From IMG/VR virus record IMGVR_UViG_3300040751_002066, positions 4,930-68,929 of that record: a DNA stretch of 64,000 nucleotides; one strand, written 5' to 3'. The translations under genes were made by a program, and so were the position numbers. Under the pieces are notes generated by a model, which saw only the letters and a list, made by a program, of their open reading frames with translations, ran no database searches and was not told where the DNA came from. This document shows positions 44,444 to 52,916 of the stretch, piece after piece (positions within the stretch are counted from its first letter, which is position 1; every line of letters starts with the position of its first letter). This stretch comes from a virus.

Positions 44444-44466
44444 GGGGTTGACACGTGTGGTACCTT
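44444..44466 (+). promoter_or_regulatory. Class II promoter-like motif GGGGTTGACA-N7-TACCTT
   Basis: GGGGTTGACA cgtgtgg TACCTT, with ATG 44472 five nt downstream. Confidence 0.65.
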
Positions 44467-44471
44467 TAGGT

Positions 44472-45278
44472 ATGGCAAAAACAACCACACCCTACATAGA
44501 ATCACTACACTCCGCCGTCATCCTACTCAGCGACCCTGATACCATTGCGGAGACCGTACCAAACATAGAGTACCACGGACTCGCAGTGGTCGGGGCCTCA
44601 CCCCTGCCCGGGGCGTCCCCCGAGGACGTAGAGGAAGCTCTTCTCGAAGAGGTCCACGAAGTCCTCAAATACCTCCCCAACCTCCACAGCATCCACTCTG
44701 TCTACCTCCGCTCCAAGGGGGAGCCTACCCGAGTCGATATTGAGAAGCTGCAGGAGCTCATCCACGCCGAGGGGTTCGGGGGTGGGTGTGTCCATCTCCA
44801 TACCGAGGCCGGCCTACGCTCCTTCATCGAGGATGGCCTCGAGCTGGAACGGGACGACTCCAGCCCCTGCTCCGAAGAGTTTGTCGAGGAGCTGAAGAAA
44901 GAAGTTTCCGATTTCCTACGTCAACTCTTCGCCGAGGGGAACCCTGAACCCGGTACCCAGAACCCTGAACCCGACAACGTGGTCCCCTTCCATGAGGCCG
45001 GTACCCAGAACCCTGAACCCAAGACCTTCTATCCCGGACCCAATACTCCCGCTCCTGACTCCGGGTCCGGGTCCGGGTCCGGGTCCGGGGATCAGGGAGC
45101 TCTCTCCCCCGAGCGGCGCATCGCTGCCCTCAGCGGGGAGCTCGCCGCCTTGTCTGAGGACTATCAGCAACTCCAAGCCGCTCACGACCGCGTAGTGGGG
45201 GTCCTCGCGTCTATCGCAGTGGGTCTCAAGGAGGTGGCCGCCGCCACCGAAGGCGTCATCTCTGAGTGCGCGGACTAA
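44472..45278 (+). CDS. Hypothetical acidic protein with GTQNPEP and GS repeats and a C-terminal coiled coil
   Basis: ORF from ATG 44472 (MAKTTT). Confidence 0.75.
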   Translation: MAKTTTPYIESLHSAVILLSDPDTIAETVPNIEYHGLAVVGASPLPGASPEDVEEALLEEVHEVLKYLPNLHSIHSVYLRSKGEPTRVDIEKLQELIHAEGFGGGCVHLHTEAGLRSFIEDGLELERDDSSPCSEEFVEELKKEVSDFLRQLFAEGNPEPGTQNPEPDNVVPFHEAGTQNPEPKTFYPGPNTPAPDSGSGSGSGSGDQGALSPERRIAALSGELAALSEDYQQLQAAHDRVVGVLASIAVGLKEVAAATEGVISECAD

Positions 45279-45359
45279 CCGGCCGTATCCGCCAACAATG
45301 TGGGGGAGGGTATTCCCAACCCTGCCCTCCCCCACACAACCCTAACGACTACTACTCCA

Positions 45360-46076
45360 ATGGGAAACCCCGTATCCAATTTCATCTCCTTCGACCGGAG
45401 TAAGTACCCCCGGTACAAGTTCCGCAAAAGCAACACCTCGGTATTTGACACCAAGTTTCGCAGGAACCTCAACCCCAAATCCAAGCGGGGCGCCCCGCCC
45501 TACTTCCGTCTGGTCAACGCCGACGGCGAAGCTGACCACGTGTTGGCGACCGACATCTTCGACAAACACGTGGACCTCATGGACGTCGAGAGCACCTTCG
45601 ATCCCCAAGACTTTGCGGACCGCTACGACTTTGATCTCTCGACTTCCCCGCCTACGGTAATCTGCCGCGGATCCAAGGGGGCCAAGGCCGGCGCACCCAT
45701 GACGCTCCATAGCCCCAACGGGTGGGACCACTGGTTCCTCCGACGCAACGACGGTCAACGTGTCCGGGTCACGCCCGCCGAGGTGGTTCAGTCCTTCGAC
45801 CGCAAGGTATGGGAGGTCCGGCCGCCGGAGGGGTCCAAGGTGGTGACTCCCCTGTTTGCCAACTACGCCTTTACCCCCGACGGTAGGGTGTGGCGCACCA
45901 AGTCCGACAAGGTCCTGATCCGCCCCGAGCAGGTTCCCTTGGCCGAGGTCCCGTGTCCGGGATCCAAGCACCCGGACTATGAGGCCGTCTACCTGCTGTA
46001 CTCTGAGAAATCCGGGAAGAACTATCGATTCTCCCGGGCGTCCATCAAATCCGTATTTGATTCCCAAACTAAGTAA
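45360..46076 (+). CDS. Hypothetical protein (paralogous domain shared with the next gene)
   Basis: FDPQDFADRYDFD matches FDPAEYSDRYNFE in 46095-46544; FANYAFTPDGRVWR resembles NUMOD4-like segments. Confidence 0.65.
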   Translation: MGNPVSNFISFDRSKYPRYKFRKSNTSVFDTKFRRNLNPKSKRGAPPYFRLVNADGEADHVLATDIFDKHVDLMDVESTFDPQDFADRYDFDLSTSPPTVICRGSKGAKAGAPMTLHSPNGWDHWFLRRNDGQRVRVTPAEVVQSFDRKVWEVRPPEGSKVVTPLFANYAFTPDGRVWRTKSDKVLIRPEQVPLAEVPCPGSKHPDYEAVYLLYSEKSGKNYRFSRASIKSVFDSQTK

Positions 46077-46094
46077 CCCGGACCCAACTACCAT

Positions 46095-46544
46095 ATGTCT
46101 AAAAAACTCCTTAAAGTCCTCTCAGACTTCGACCCCGCGGAGTACTCGGACCGGTACAACTTTGAGAAGGGGCTGGTGGTGTCTAAGGCCACTGGCCAAC
46201 CCCTCACCCCGCAGATCCAAATTAACCCACAGGGCCGGCAGTACTCCCACTACTGTTTGATCGACAACTCCGGTACCCGCCGCAAGGTGTCGACGTTACT
46301 CATGTCCGGGCGGGTGTCCCTCGAAGGGGACCTCTATCAGATCACCCACTGGCCCAAGGGGTGGGAGGCCCGCGCCGGCTTCCCCGCCTACCTGTTTCAT
46401 CCCGGCAAGAAGGAGGTGCGGCGGGTAGGGTTCCGAGTGCCCCGGGCAGACCCGGTTACCCTCAAGCCAAACAAGATCGGCCAGTACAAACTACTTACCC
46501 CGGACGGGTACAAGTGGTACGACCGCGACGTCCTGTTTCGCTAA
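46095..46544 (+). CDS. Hypothetical protein
   Basis: 149 aa; partial paralogue of the preceding gene. Confidence 0.7.
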   Translation: MSKKLLKVLSDFDPAEYSDRYNFEKGLVVSKATGQPLTPQIQINPQGRQYSHYCLIDNSGTRRKVSTLLMSGRVSLEGDLYQITHWPKGWEARAGFPAYLFHPGKKEVRRVGFRVPRADPVTLKPNKIGQYKLLTPDGYKWYDRDVLFR

Positions 46545-46586
46545 AATAAAGTAGACACAACTCCTAGAAACGCCCATACTCCCACC

Positions 46587-47195
46587 ATGCCCCAGATTCC
46601 CACCGGACGCGAATGTACCTCATGCGGCGAGTTCAAAGCATGGGGGGAGTTCCCTAGGAAAGCGGGAGGGCACCAGAATAGAGGGTCCCGCTGCCTCGTG
46701 TGTGAGAGGGAGAAACAGGCGGAGTACCGGGACCGAAACCGGGAACGGGAGAGGGCACGCTGCCGAAAGTACCGACTGGAAAATTTAGAGAAGGTGCGGG
46801 AGTCCAAGAGGAGGTCCGCCGCGAAGCATCGGGAAGCGCGGCGGAAAGCTTTCCGGGAGTACTACCAGAAAAACAAAGAGATCTGCCACCGCAGCAGCCG
46901 GAGGTACCGGGCTCGGAAAGTGGGGGCGGAAGACCCGAGTGCATGTCCCGAGACCATTGACAAGATTTACGCCCTATGCGAGGCGCTCAACAAGCGGTCC
47001 AAACGCAAGGGAGGCTGGTCCGTAGACCACACGACCCCTCTTGCGAAAGGTGGGACCCACCACGAGGAAAACTTACAAGTCGTCCCTTCGGCTTGGAACT
47101 GCCGGAAAGGAGACAGGCATCGGGAGCGGTGGCCCGGGAAGTACCCCAAGTGGGTCCATGACTTTTGCGTTGACATCGGTTTAAGCCTCGACTAA
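46587..47195 (+). CDS. HNH endonuclease with an N-terminal Zn finger
   Basis: CTSC...CLVC, Arg-rich helix, VDHTTPLAKGGTHHEENLQ...WNCRKG. Confidence 0.9.
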   Translation: MPQIPTGRECTSCGEFKAWGEFPRKAGGHQNRGSRCLVCEREKQAEYRDRNRERERARCRKYRLENLEKVRESKRRSAAKHREARRKAFREYYQKNKEICHRSSRRYRARKVGAEDPSACPETIDKIYALCEALNKRSKRKGGWSVDHTTPLAKGGTHHEENLQVVPSAWNCRKGDRHRERWPGKYPKWVHDFCVDIGLSLD

Positions 47196-47198
47196 GCT
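47170..47198 (+). promoter_or_regulatory. Canonical sigma70-type promoter for the portal operon
   Basis: TTGACA-17-TAAGCT before GTG 47207. Confidence 0.65.
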
Positions 47199-47206
47199 TC
47201 CTAACC

Positions 47207-49498
47207 GTGGCCCACCAGATCGACCTACTTGACGCTCCTGAGAATGACCTCCAGACTTTTGAAGGGGATGGTAAGTCCCCGGCCACCCCGCGGCTAAAGA
47301 CCCTCTCCGCGGCATTGGGGATATACCACACTTGCCTCATGGATGACCGCGAGAACTCGCGCAAGAGGGCAAAGGTAGACGGCATGTTCGATGGGCAGCC
47401 ACCCTACGACCAAGCCAAGTTACGGGCGGCCGGACAAGGAGGACGCTGTAACCTAAATTTTGGGGAAGGTCAACGACACCTCGACGCCGCCCTCGCAGGG
47501 TACGTCGACCTCGCGACCTCTACCGAGTTCCTCGTCGACACACATTCCAATAAGGGGGCCTCCGAGGAGACCGAGATTGGAGAGAGGGAGGCCAACGCTA
47601 TCCGCAACGAGGAACTCACCACCATGATCCGGGACTGGCCGGAGTGGAACTCCCGGTACCTCTCCCTCGTTACTGAATACCTTAAGCACGGAGTCGGCCC
47701 CACGTACTTCGACAACCACCACGATTGGCGCCCCCAAGTATCTTCTCTGCGTGACTTCAAGGTACCCCGTAACACACGCGCCAGCGAAGAGGCCATCGAC
47801 ATTTGTTTTGCGAGGAGGGATTATAGCGTAGCTGAACTGTACAAGTTCATCTCCAATGAGGATGCGGCCCGTACCCAAGGATGGGACATCGAGGCCACCC
47901 GGAAAGCGATTATGTCGGCCTGTCGCTCCAGTAAGGAGGACAAGGGTAACGACTGGGAGCATTGGCAGCGTCTGGTCAAGAATGGAGACACCCATGAAGC
48001 GATGGAGACCAAGTCGGTACGGCTGGTGCATACATGGGTCAAAGAACTCAACGGCAAGGTTTCCCACTATATCTGGGAAGAGAAACATTCGAAGCTCGCA
48101 GACAAGCAGGGGGGTAAGCAATCAAAGTTCGCCGGGCAGAACGAATCATTCCTGTACTCCAAGGAGTTCATCCACGAGCGGTCGGAACAGGCGTTCACCA
48201 TCTTCACGCATGGGGTGGGAAATAACGGCACGTACCACTCAGTACGTGGGTACGGTCACCGCATCTTCCCCTTGGTCCAATACCTCAATCGCCTCCAGTG
48301 CCAAGCGGCCGACGCCGCGGCTATCTCCGGCGGCATCCTTGTGCAGCCCAACTCCATGGAGGACCTGCGCGACATGGCTATCCAATTCTACGGACCTTGG
48401 AACGTGCTCCGCCCCAACGTGGAAGTCGTGGACCGTAAGGTCAACGCCGACCTAACCAAGAACATGTTGCCTGTCGTCAGTGACATCCGCAACCAGCTCG
48501 CGGATACCAGCGACTTCTACTCGACCACCCAAGCAACGAAGGGTTCCCCATATCGTAACACTCTCCAAGTACGAGCCGAGCTCGAAAGTGCGACCAGACT
48601 CTCCGCCTCCAACCTCGCATTGTTCTATGCGAGCTACGACCGCCTCCTTCGTGAGGTGGTGCGCCGAATTGTCGAGGGGCCTTCGACCGACCCAGCCATT
48701 AAGGTTTTCTTCGAGCGTTGCCGCGAGCGCGGCCTCACCGACGAACAGATTAAGAACGTCGACCACACCCGCACCAAGGCGGCCCGGGCAATCGGAGCCG
48801 GGAACCCTGCAGCCAGAATCGCGGTCCTTGACCAACTGAATCAGGAGCGCCCGTTCATGGACGAGGTCGGCAACCGCAACCTCACCTTTGACCGTGTGGC
48901 CGCCCGTATCGGCCACGAGTCCGCGGCGCGTTACGTCCAGAAGGATGAGCAGCCTCGCGGCACCACCGCCCAGACTGACGCGGTACTTGAGAACGCGCTC
49001 ATGAAACTGGGAGAGTCGGTACCTGTTTTACCTGCCCAGCTCCATGGAAGCCACCTCGAGCTCCACCTCCCCATCGCGCAACAGTACATTGATGCCGTGG
49101 TGTCCGGCCAACTAGACCCTCGCGAATCCCTCAACGTCTTGCAGGCCATCGGCGTCCACGTCCAAGGTCACGCCCAGCCTCTCGCCAGCGACCCCAACCA
49201 ACAGAACCTTGTGTCGGCTGCACTGGATGTTGCCAACAAACTCACCCAGATTATCGAGAACACCGAGAGGTCCATCGAGTCAGATGGAGGAGAAGAAGGA
49301 GGGGGCGTCTCGGACAAAGCAGCCGAGATGCGACAGCTCTCTTTGGTCAAGCAGGAGATCCTCCGGGCCGAGTCCGAGACACGGCAAGCCATCAAGCGAG
49401 ATGAGGCCCGACAGAAACAAAACCTTGCGGACTTCGCCGCGGCTCAGGAAGCCTTACGCAACTCTGCTCCGGAACAAGTACCGGATCTCTTTGCCTAA
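47207..49498 (+). CDS. Portal protein
   Basis: 763-aa helical protein heading the head module; DG..PY, N.NFG, G.G.R.FP, NR..C...D features and a Gln-rich barrel-like C-terminus. Assigned by pattern and synteny. Confidence 0.8.
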   Translation: MAHQIDLLDAPENDLQTFEGDGKSPATPRLKTLSAALGIYHTCLMDDRENSRKRAKVDGMFDGQPPYDQAKLRAAGQGGRCNLNFGEGQRHLDAALAGYVDLATSTEFLVDTHSNKGASEETEIGEREANAIRNEELTTMIRDWPEWNSRYLSLVTEYLKHGVGPTYFDNHHDWRPQVSSLRDFKVPRNTRASEEAIDICFARRDYSVAELYKFISNEDAARTQGWDIEATRKAIMSACRSSKEDKGNDWEHWQRLVKNGDTHEAMETKSVRLVHTWVKELNGKVSHYIWEEKHSKLADKQGGKQSKFAGQNESFLYSKEFIHERSEQAFTIFTHGVGNNGTYHSVRGYGHRIFPLVQYLNRLQCQAADAAAISGGILVQPNSMEDLRDMAIQFYGPWNVLRPNVEVVDRKVNADLTKNMLPVVSDIRNQLADTSDFYSTTQATKGSPYRNTLQVRAELESATRLSASNLALFYASYDRLLREVVRRIVEGPSTDPAIKVFFERCRERGLTDEQIKNVDHTRTKAARAIGAGNPAARIAVLDQLNQERPFMDEVGNRNLTFDRVAARIGHESAARYVQKDEQPRGTTAQTDAVLENALMKLGESVPVLPAQLHGSHLELHLPIAQQYIDAVVSGQLDPRESLNVLQAIGVHVQGHAQPLASDPNQQNLVSAALDVANKLTQIIENTERSIESDGGEEGGGVSDKAAEMRQLSLVKQEILRAESETRQAIKRDEARQKQNLADFAAAQEALRNSAPEQVPDLFA

Positions 49499-49500
49499 CC

Positions 49501-50340
49501 ATGAAAGTCGCCTTCGCCTTATGGAACGCGCCGAAGTCTTTCCACGCAAACGCCGTACGGCCGGTTTTTGAGTGGCACCAAAAACAGGGGCATGACGTGC
49601 GTTACGTGAGTTATGGGGATGGTTTGGAACATCGCCTCAGGGACACGGACCTCGTGTACCTCTGGAACGGAGAGTATGAATGGTTGTGGGGGGTCAAGGA
49701 AAGTATCCGCAGGAGGGGGGGAAAGACCATCAACATCGAGGTAGCTTGGTTCCCTCAAGATGAGAACACGTATTACGACTGGAGAGGCACAAATGGCAAC
49801 TGCTCCCTACGGTTCGATAGTCTGGATTGGTTAGAGCCGGCGGACTACGATAACCTCGACGCCCTTTCGGAGAAGTACCGCGAAGGACTTACTCCGACTG
49901 AAGAAGGTTATGTACTAGTTCCTCTCCAGCTCGCGAAGGACACCGCGGTCCAGAAGTGGAGCCCACTCAAGAGAATGGGAGGCGTAATCCGGATGGCGCG
50001 GAAGATGTTCCCCCACAAGGAGATCCTCTTCCGCAGGCACCCACTTGACGGGCATGACTATGCGGACTTGATTGACGACATCACTCTCGGAGAGAAGCGA
50101 CCCCTCAAGGAGCTCATCATGGGGGCCGATCTGGTTTGGGGCATGAACTCCACCGTCTTGACGGAGGCCGCCCTCATGGGAAAGAAGGTACAGGCTTGCG
50201 GGACGTCTCTTCTCCATATCGGGAGTAACCAACGGGACGCCCTCGCCGCCCTAGTTGCGCGTCAGATTCCCATGGACGTCTCTGACGTCACCCCATGGAT
50301 TCGAAGAGGACGGGGCCTCGAACATCTCGCGCTACTGTAA
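49501..50340 (+). CDS. Capsule-biosynthesis (KpsS/KpsC-like) glycosyltransferase
   Basis: WNG, IEVAWFP, D..G.N...SL, VPLQLAKD, RRHP, NSTVLTEAALMGKKV motifs. Confidence 0.75.
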   Translation: MKVAFALWNAPKSFHANAVRPVFEWHQKQGHDVRYVSYGDGLEHRLRDTDLVYLWNGEYEWLWGVKESIRRRGGKTINIEVAWFPQDENTYYDWRGTNGNCSLRFDSLDWLEPADYDNLDALSEKYREGLTPTEEGYVLVPLQLAKDTAVQKWSPLKRMGGVIRMARKMFPHKEILFRRHPLDGHDYADLIDDITLGEKRPLKELIMGADLVWGMNSTVLTEAALMGKKVQACGTSLLHIGSNQRDALAALVARQIPMDVSDVTPWIRRGRGLEHLALL

Positions 50341-50960
50341 TGCAGATCTATTTAGACCCACATAAGGACTTTGCCGTCTACGCCCCTGCTAAGGTTGGGT
50401 CGAGTACCATACGTGGTTTCCTATGGGAGATCCTCCACGGTACCCCCATTAAAGGGCACACGGATGTCCTGAGTCCCCATAAGAAAGACTCCGTATGGGG
50501 GGTATTCGAAGGTACGGGCCTACACACCGATGAAAAAAACATACCCCCGGACGCGGTGCGGGTCGCATTACACCGGTCCCCAGAGGACCGTCTGTTGTCT
50601 TGGTACCGGGGGCACGTAGCACCACGGGGGGTGGGCCTCGATACTTTCCTGAGCCGGTTGTATTCGAACCTCCTCGGCAACCACCGAAAGGCCGACCGTT
50701 TCCGTGTACATGTGCTACCACAGGTGAGTTACCTTGGCACCGACCTGAGTAAGTATGACATCATCCTTCCACTCCCACGAATTGGGGACCTACCAGATGT
50801 ACTGGGCAAAAAGTTAGGGCGGGATTTTCCGGTAGTACCTCACCTGAACATCAGCAACGCTGAATGCCCCCCGATCAGCGACTTCGCACGTGGGTTCATC
50901 GACTCTTTTACCGCGGCTGACCGCTTCGTCGGGTGGAATGGCGCGACGACAAAACTGTAA
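50340..50960 (+). CDS. Sulfotransferase (Sulfotransfer_2-like)
   Basis: 5'-PSB-like PAKVGSSTIR, 3'-PB-like RSPEDRLLSWY, H.LPQ, HLN.S; TAATG-coupled to the upstream gene. Confidence 0.75.
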   Translation: MQIYLDPHKDFAVYAPAKVGSSTIRGFLWEILHGTPIKGHTDVLSPHKKDSVWGVFEGTGLHTDEKNIPPDAVRVALHRSPEDRLLSWYRGHVAPRGVGLDTFLSRLYSNLLGNHRKADRFRVHVLPQVSYLGTDLSKYDIILPLPRIGDLPDVLGKKLGRDFPVVPHLNISNAECPPISDFARGFIDSFTAADRFVGWNGATTKL

Positions 50961-50997
50961 AAGGACATAAGGCGCCTCCTTCCCGTCAATAATATTG

Positions 50998-51026
50998 TTG
51001 ACACTACCCCCTAAAGAAAATATAAC
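50998..51026 (+). promoter_or_regulatory. Canonical sigma70-type promoter
   Basis: TTGACA-17-TATAAC. Confidence 0.6.
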
Positions 51027-51033
51027 TCCCTCA

Positions 51034-51342
51034 GTGACCCCTCTACCTTTTAGCAGCGTCGAGAAGTTTGAAGACGCCGACAGACTCACCCTCGCGAATC
51101 TCCTCAAGGATGAGACCCTCCGCCGAGCGTTCAGCGCCGTGATCTGGGAGGCCCAACCCCGGACCTACGAGCTCCAAAAAGCTAGCCCCACCGAGCAGGC
51201 CTCAGCCGCCAATCAAGTAGCGGGCATGGGCGAATTTGTACGCCAGCTCCATTTACTCGCCACCCCCTCCAAGGAGCTCCAACCCAAGGAGGACGTCTCA
51301 GCATGGGGGGAGTGGACACACATTGAACAACTTACTGAATAA
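51034..51342 (+). CDS. Small head-module protein
   Basis: GTG start just after the promoter; lies directly before the scaffold gene. Confidence 0.65.
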   Translation: MTPLPFSSVEKFEDADRLTLANLLKDETLRRAFSAVIWEAQPRTYELQKASPTEQASAANQVAGMGEFVRQLHLLATPSKELQPKEDVSAWGEWTHIEQLTE

Positions 51343-51354
51343 CCAGACCCCCTC

Positions 51355-52668
51355 ATGGCAAACCAAACAGATACCCCAGAAGCAACCCCCGGCGCAGGAG
51401 ACTTCCTCGACCGGATCGAAGCCCAACTAAACGCCACCTCCGGAGCGGACTCTCTCGCGCAACAGAGGGACGAAGGTACCCCAGACACAAATCCTGAGAG
51501 CACCCCGGATCCCAAACCGGAGGACCTCGAGGGCCTACGCAAGTCTGATGAAGGCGGGGGGCCGGACCCTCTTGACTCCCTCTCAGAAGGGGCGAACAAG
51601 GGAAGCGACCCCAAACCAGATGAGACACCCAAGCCGGATGAGACACCCAAGCCAGAAGCCGGAGACCCCTCTGACCTCCTCGCCTCCTTCGACCCGGAAG
51701 ACCAAGCGAAGATCCAGCAGTACCTCGACGACAAGTTGGCGGAAGAGCTCAAGCTCACTGAGACGGCCGGCGGAGCGTTCAAGCGCCTCAAAGGAGAGAA
51801 TCGAGAACTCGAGACAAAAGTACGCGAACTCGAAACTCGTACCGCGGAACCGGAGGCCCTGAAGGCCGCGACCGAAAAGATCACCACCCTCGAGGCCCAG
51901 CTCAAAGCCAACGAAGAGGCGAAGAGTGTTCTCCGTCTCGAGGACACCGAAGCGTACAAGGAGGCTGTGTCCAAGCCCCAACAGGAGATCCTCGCCGCCA
52001 GCGACAGCATCGCGGATCGATACGGAGTGGACAAGAACCAACTCGCGAATATCCTCGGCAGTCCCAACCGCCGGGAGTTGTCGGACAACATCAACAAACT
52101 CCTCGGAGATGACGTTGCAGACGCCGACAAGTTCGAGCTGTATAACCTTAGTCAGAAGGCGGAAGCCACGTTCGCCAAACGGGACGAACTCGTCAACAAC
52201 GCTGAGGCCGCCCTCAAGGAGGCGGAGGAGCTCGCTACGAAAGCGCAGGAGCGTCAGGCACTTGAGGCCCGGCAGACCCGGGAGGGCGCAGCCAAGGCCA
52301 CCGTGGACCGCCTGAAGGAAAAGGCCAAATTCCTCCTCGACATCGTCGGCGACGACGTTGTATCCGGATTCGTGAACGCGAACGCTGAAACCCCGGTCGA
52401 GGCCCTCGATCCAACGGACCAAGCTTTCGCTCGCTTCTCCTACGACGCCATCATCCCACTTGCGAAGCACGTCCGGAAGCTGGAGGGAGAACTTCAGACG
52501 GCCCTCGACGACAACCTCAAGCTGCGGGGATCGACTCCCGGGGGCGAGGGTTCAGGATCCGGCGGAGGGAAACCAACGGACAGCGACAACTCCTCCGAGC
52601 CCTTCAAGACTGAAGGAATCGGATCTGCGGTGGAGCGCATCGAGAAGGCTCTTGGCGCCGCTGTATAA
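51355..52668 (+). CDS. Capsid scaffolding protein
   Basis: Acidic Pro-rich N-terminus and long coiled coil, directly upstream of the MCP. Confidence 0.75.
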   Translation: MANQTDTPEATPGAGDFLDRIEAQLNATSGADSLAQQRDEGTPDTNPESTPDPKPEDLEGLRKSDEGGGPDPLDSLSEGANKGSDPKPDETPKPDETPKPEAGDPSDLLASFDPEDQAKIQQYLDDKLAEELKLTETAGGAFKRLKGENRELETKVRELETRTAEPEALKAATEKITTLEAQLKANEEAKSVLRLEDTEAYKEAVSKPQQEILAASDSIADRYGVDKNQLANILGSPNRRELSDNINKLLGDDVADADKFELYNLSQKAEATFAKRDELVNNAEAALKEAEELATKAQERQALEARQTREGAAKATVDRLKEKAKFLLDIVGDDVVSGFVNANAETPVEALDPTDQAFARFSYDAIIPLAKHVRKLEGELQTALDDNLKLRGSTPGGEGSGSGGGKPTDSDNSSEPFKTEGIGSAVERIEKALGAAV

Positions 52669-52709
52669 ATTTTTGCCATAAGGACCGCTACCACTACGGA
52701 CCCGACGCA

Positions 52710-52746
52710 TCCCATTGGGGGTTAATTCCCTCAATGGGATTTTTTT
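52710..52746 (+). terminator. Intrinsic terminator
   Basis: CCCATTGGGGG..CCCTCAATGGG followed by TTTTTTT. Confidence 0.7.
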
Positions 52747-52760
52747 ATTTCATTTTTTAC

Positions 52761-52789
52761 TTGTGACAAAATGTCGCACTTGGTATTCT
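52761..52789 (+). promoter_or_regulatory. MCP promoter overlapped by a TGTGACA-N3-TGTCGCA palindrome
   Basis: TTGTGA-17-TATTCT with extended -10 TG; the same palindrome occurs at 43929-43945. Confidence 0.55.
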
Positions 52790-52916
52790 TCCCGACATCA
52801 ACCGAATGCTCTGCTCTGGTAGCTAACCAGTTCTACGGTTCCAACCGGTCTCTGCACCACCCCACAAGCACGCCCGCGTAGGGCTCGACTACGCAGCAAA
52901 CTCACTTTTATTTACT

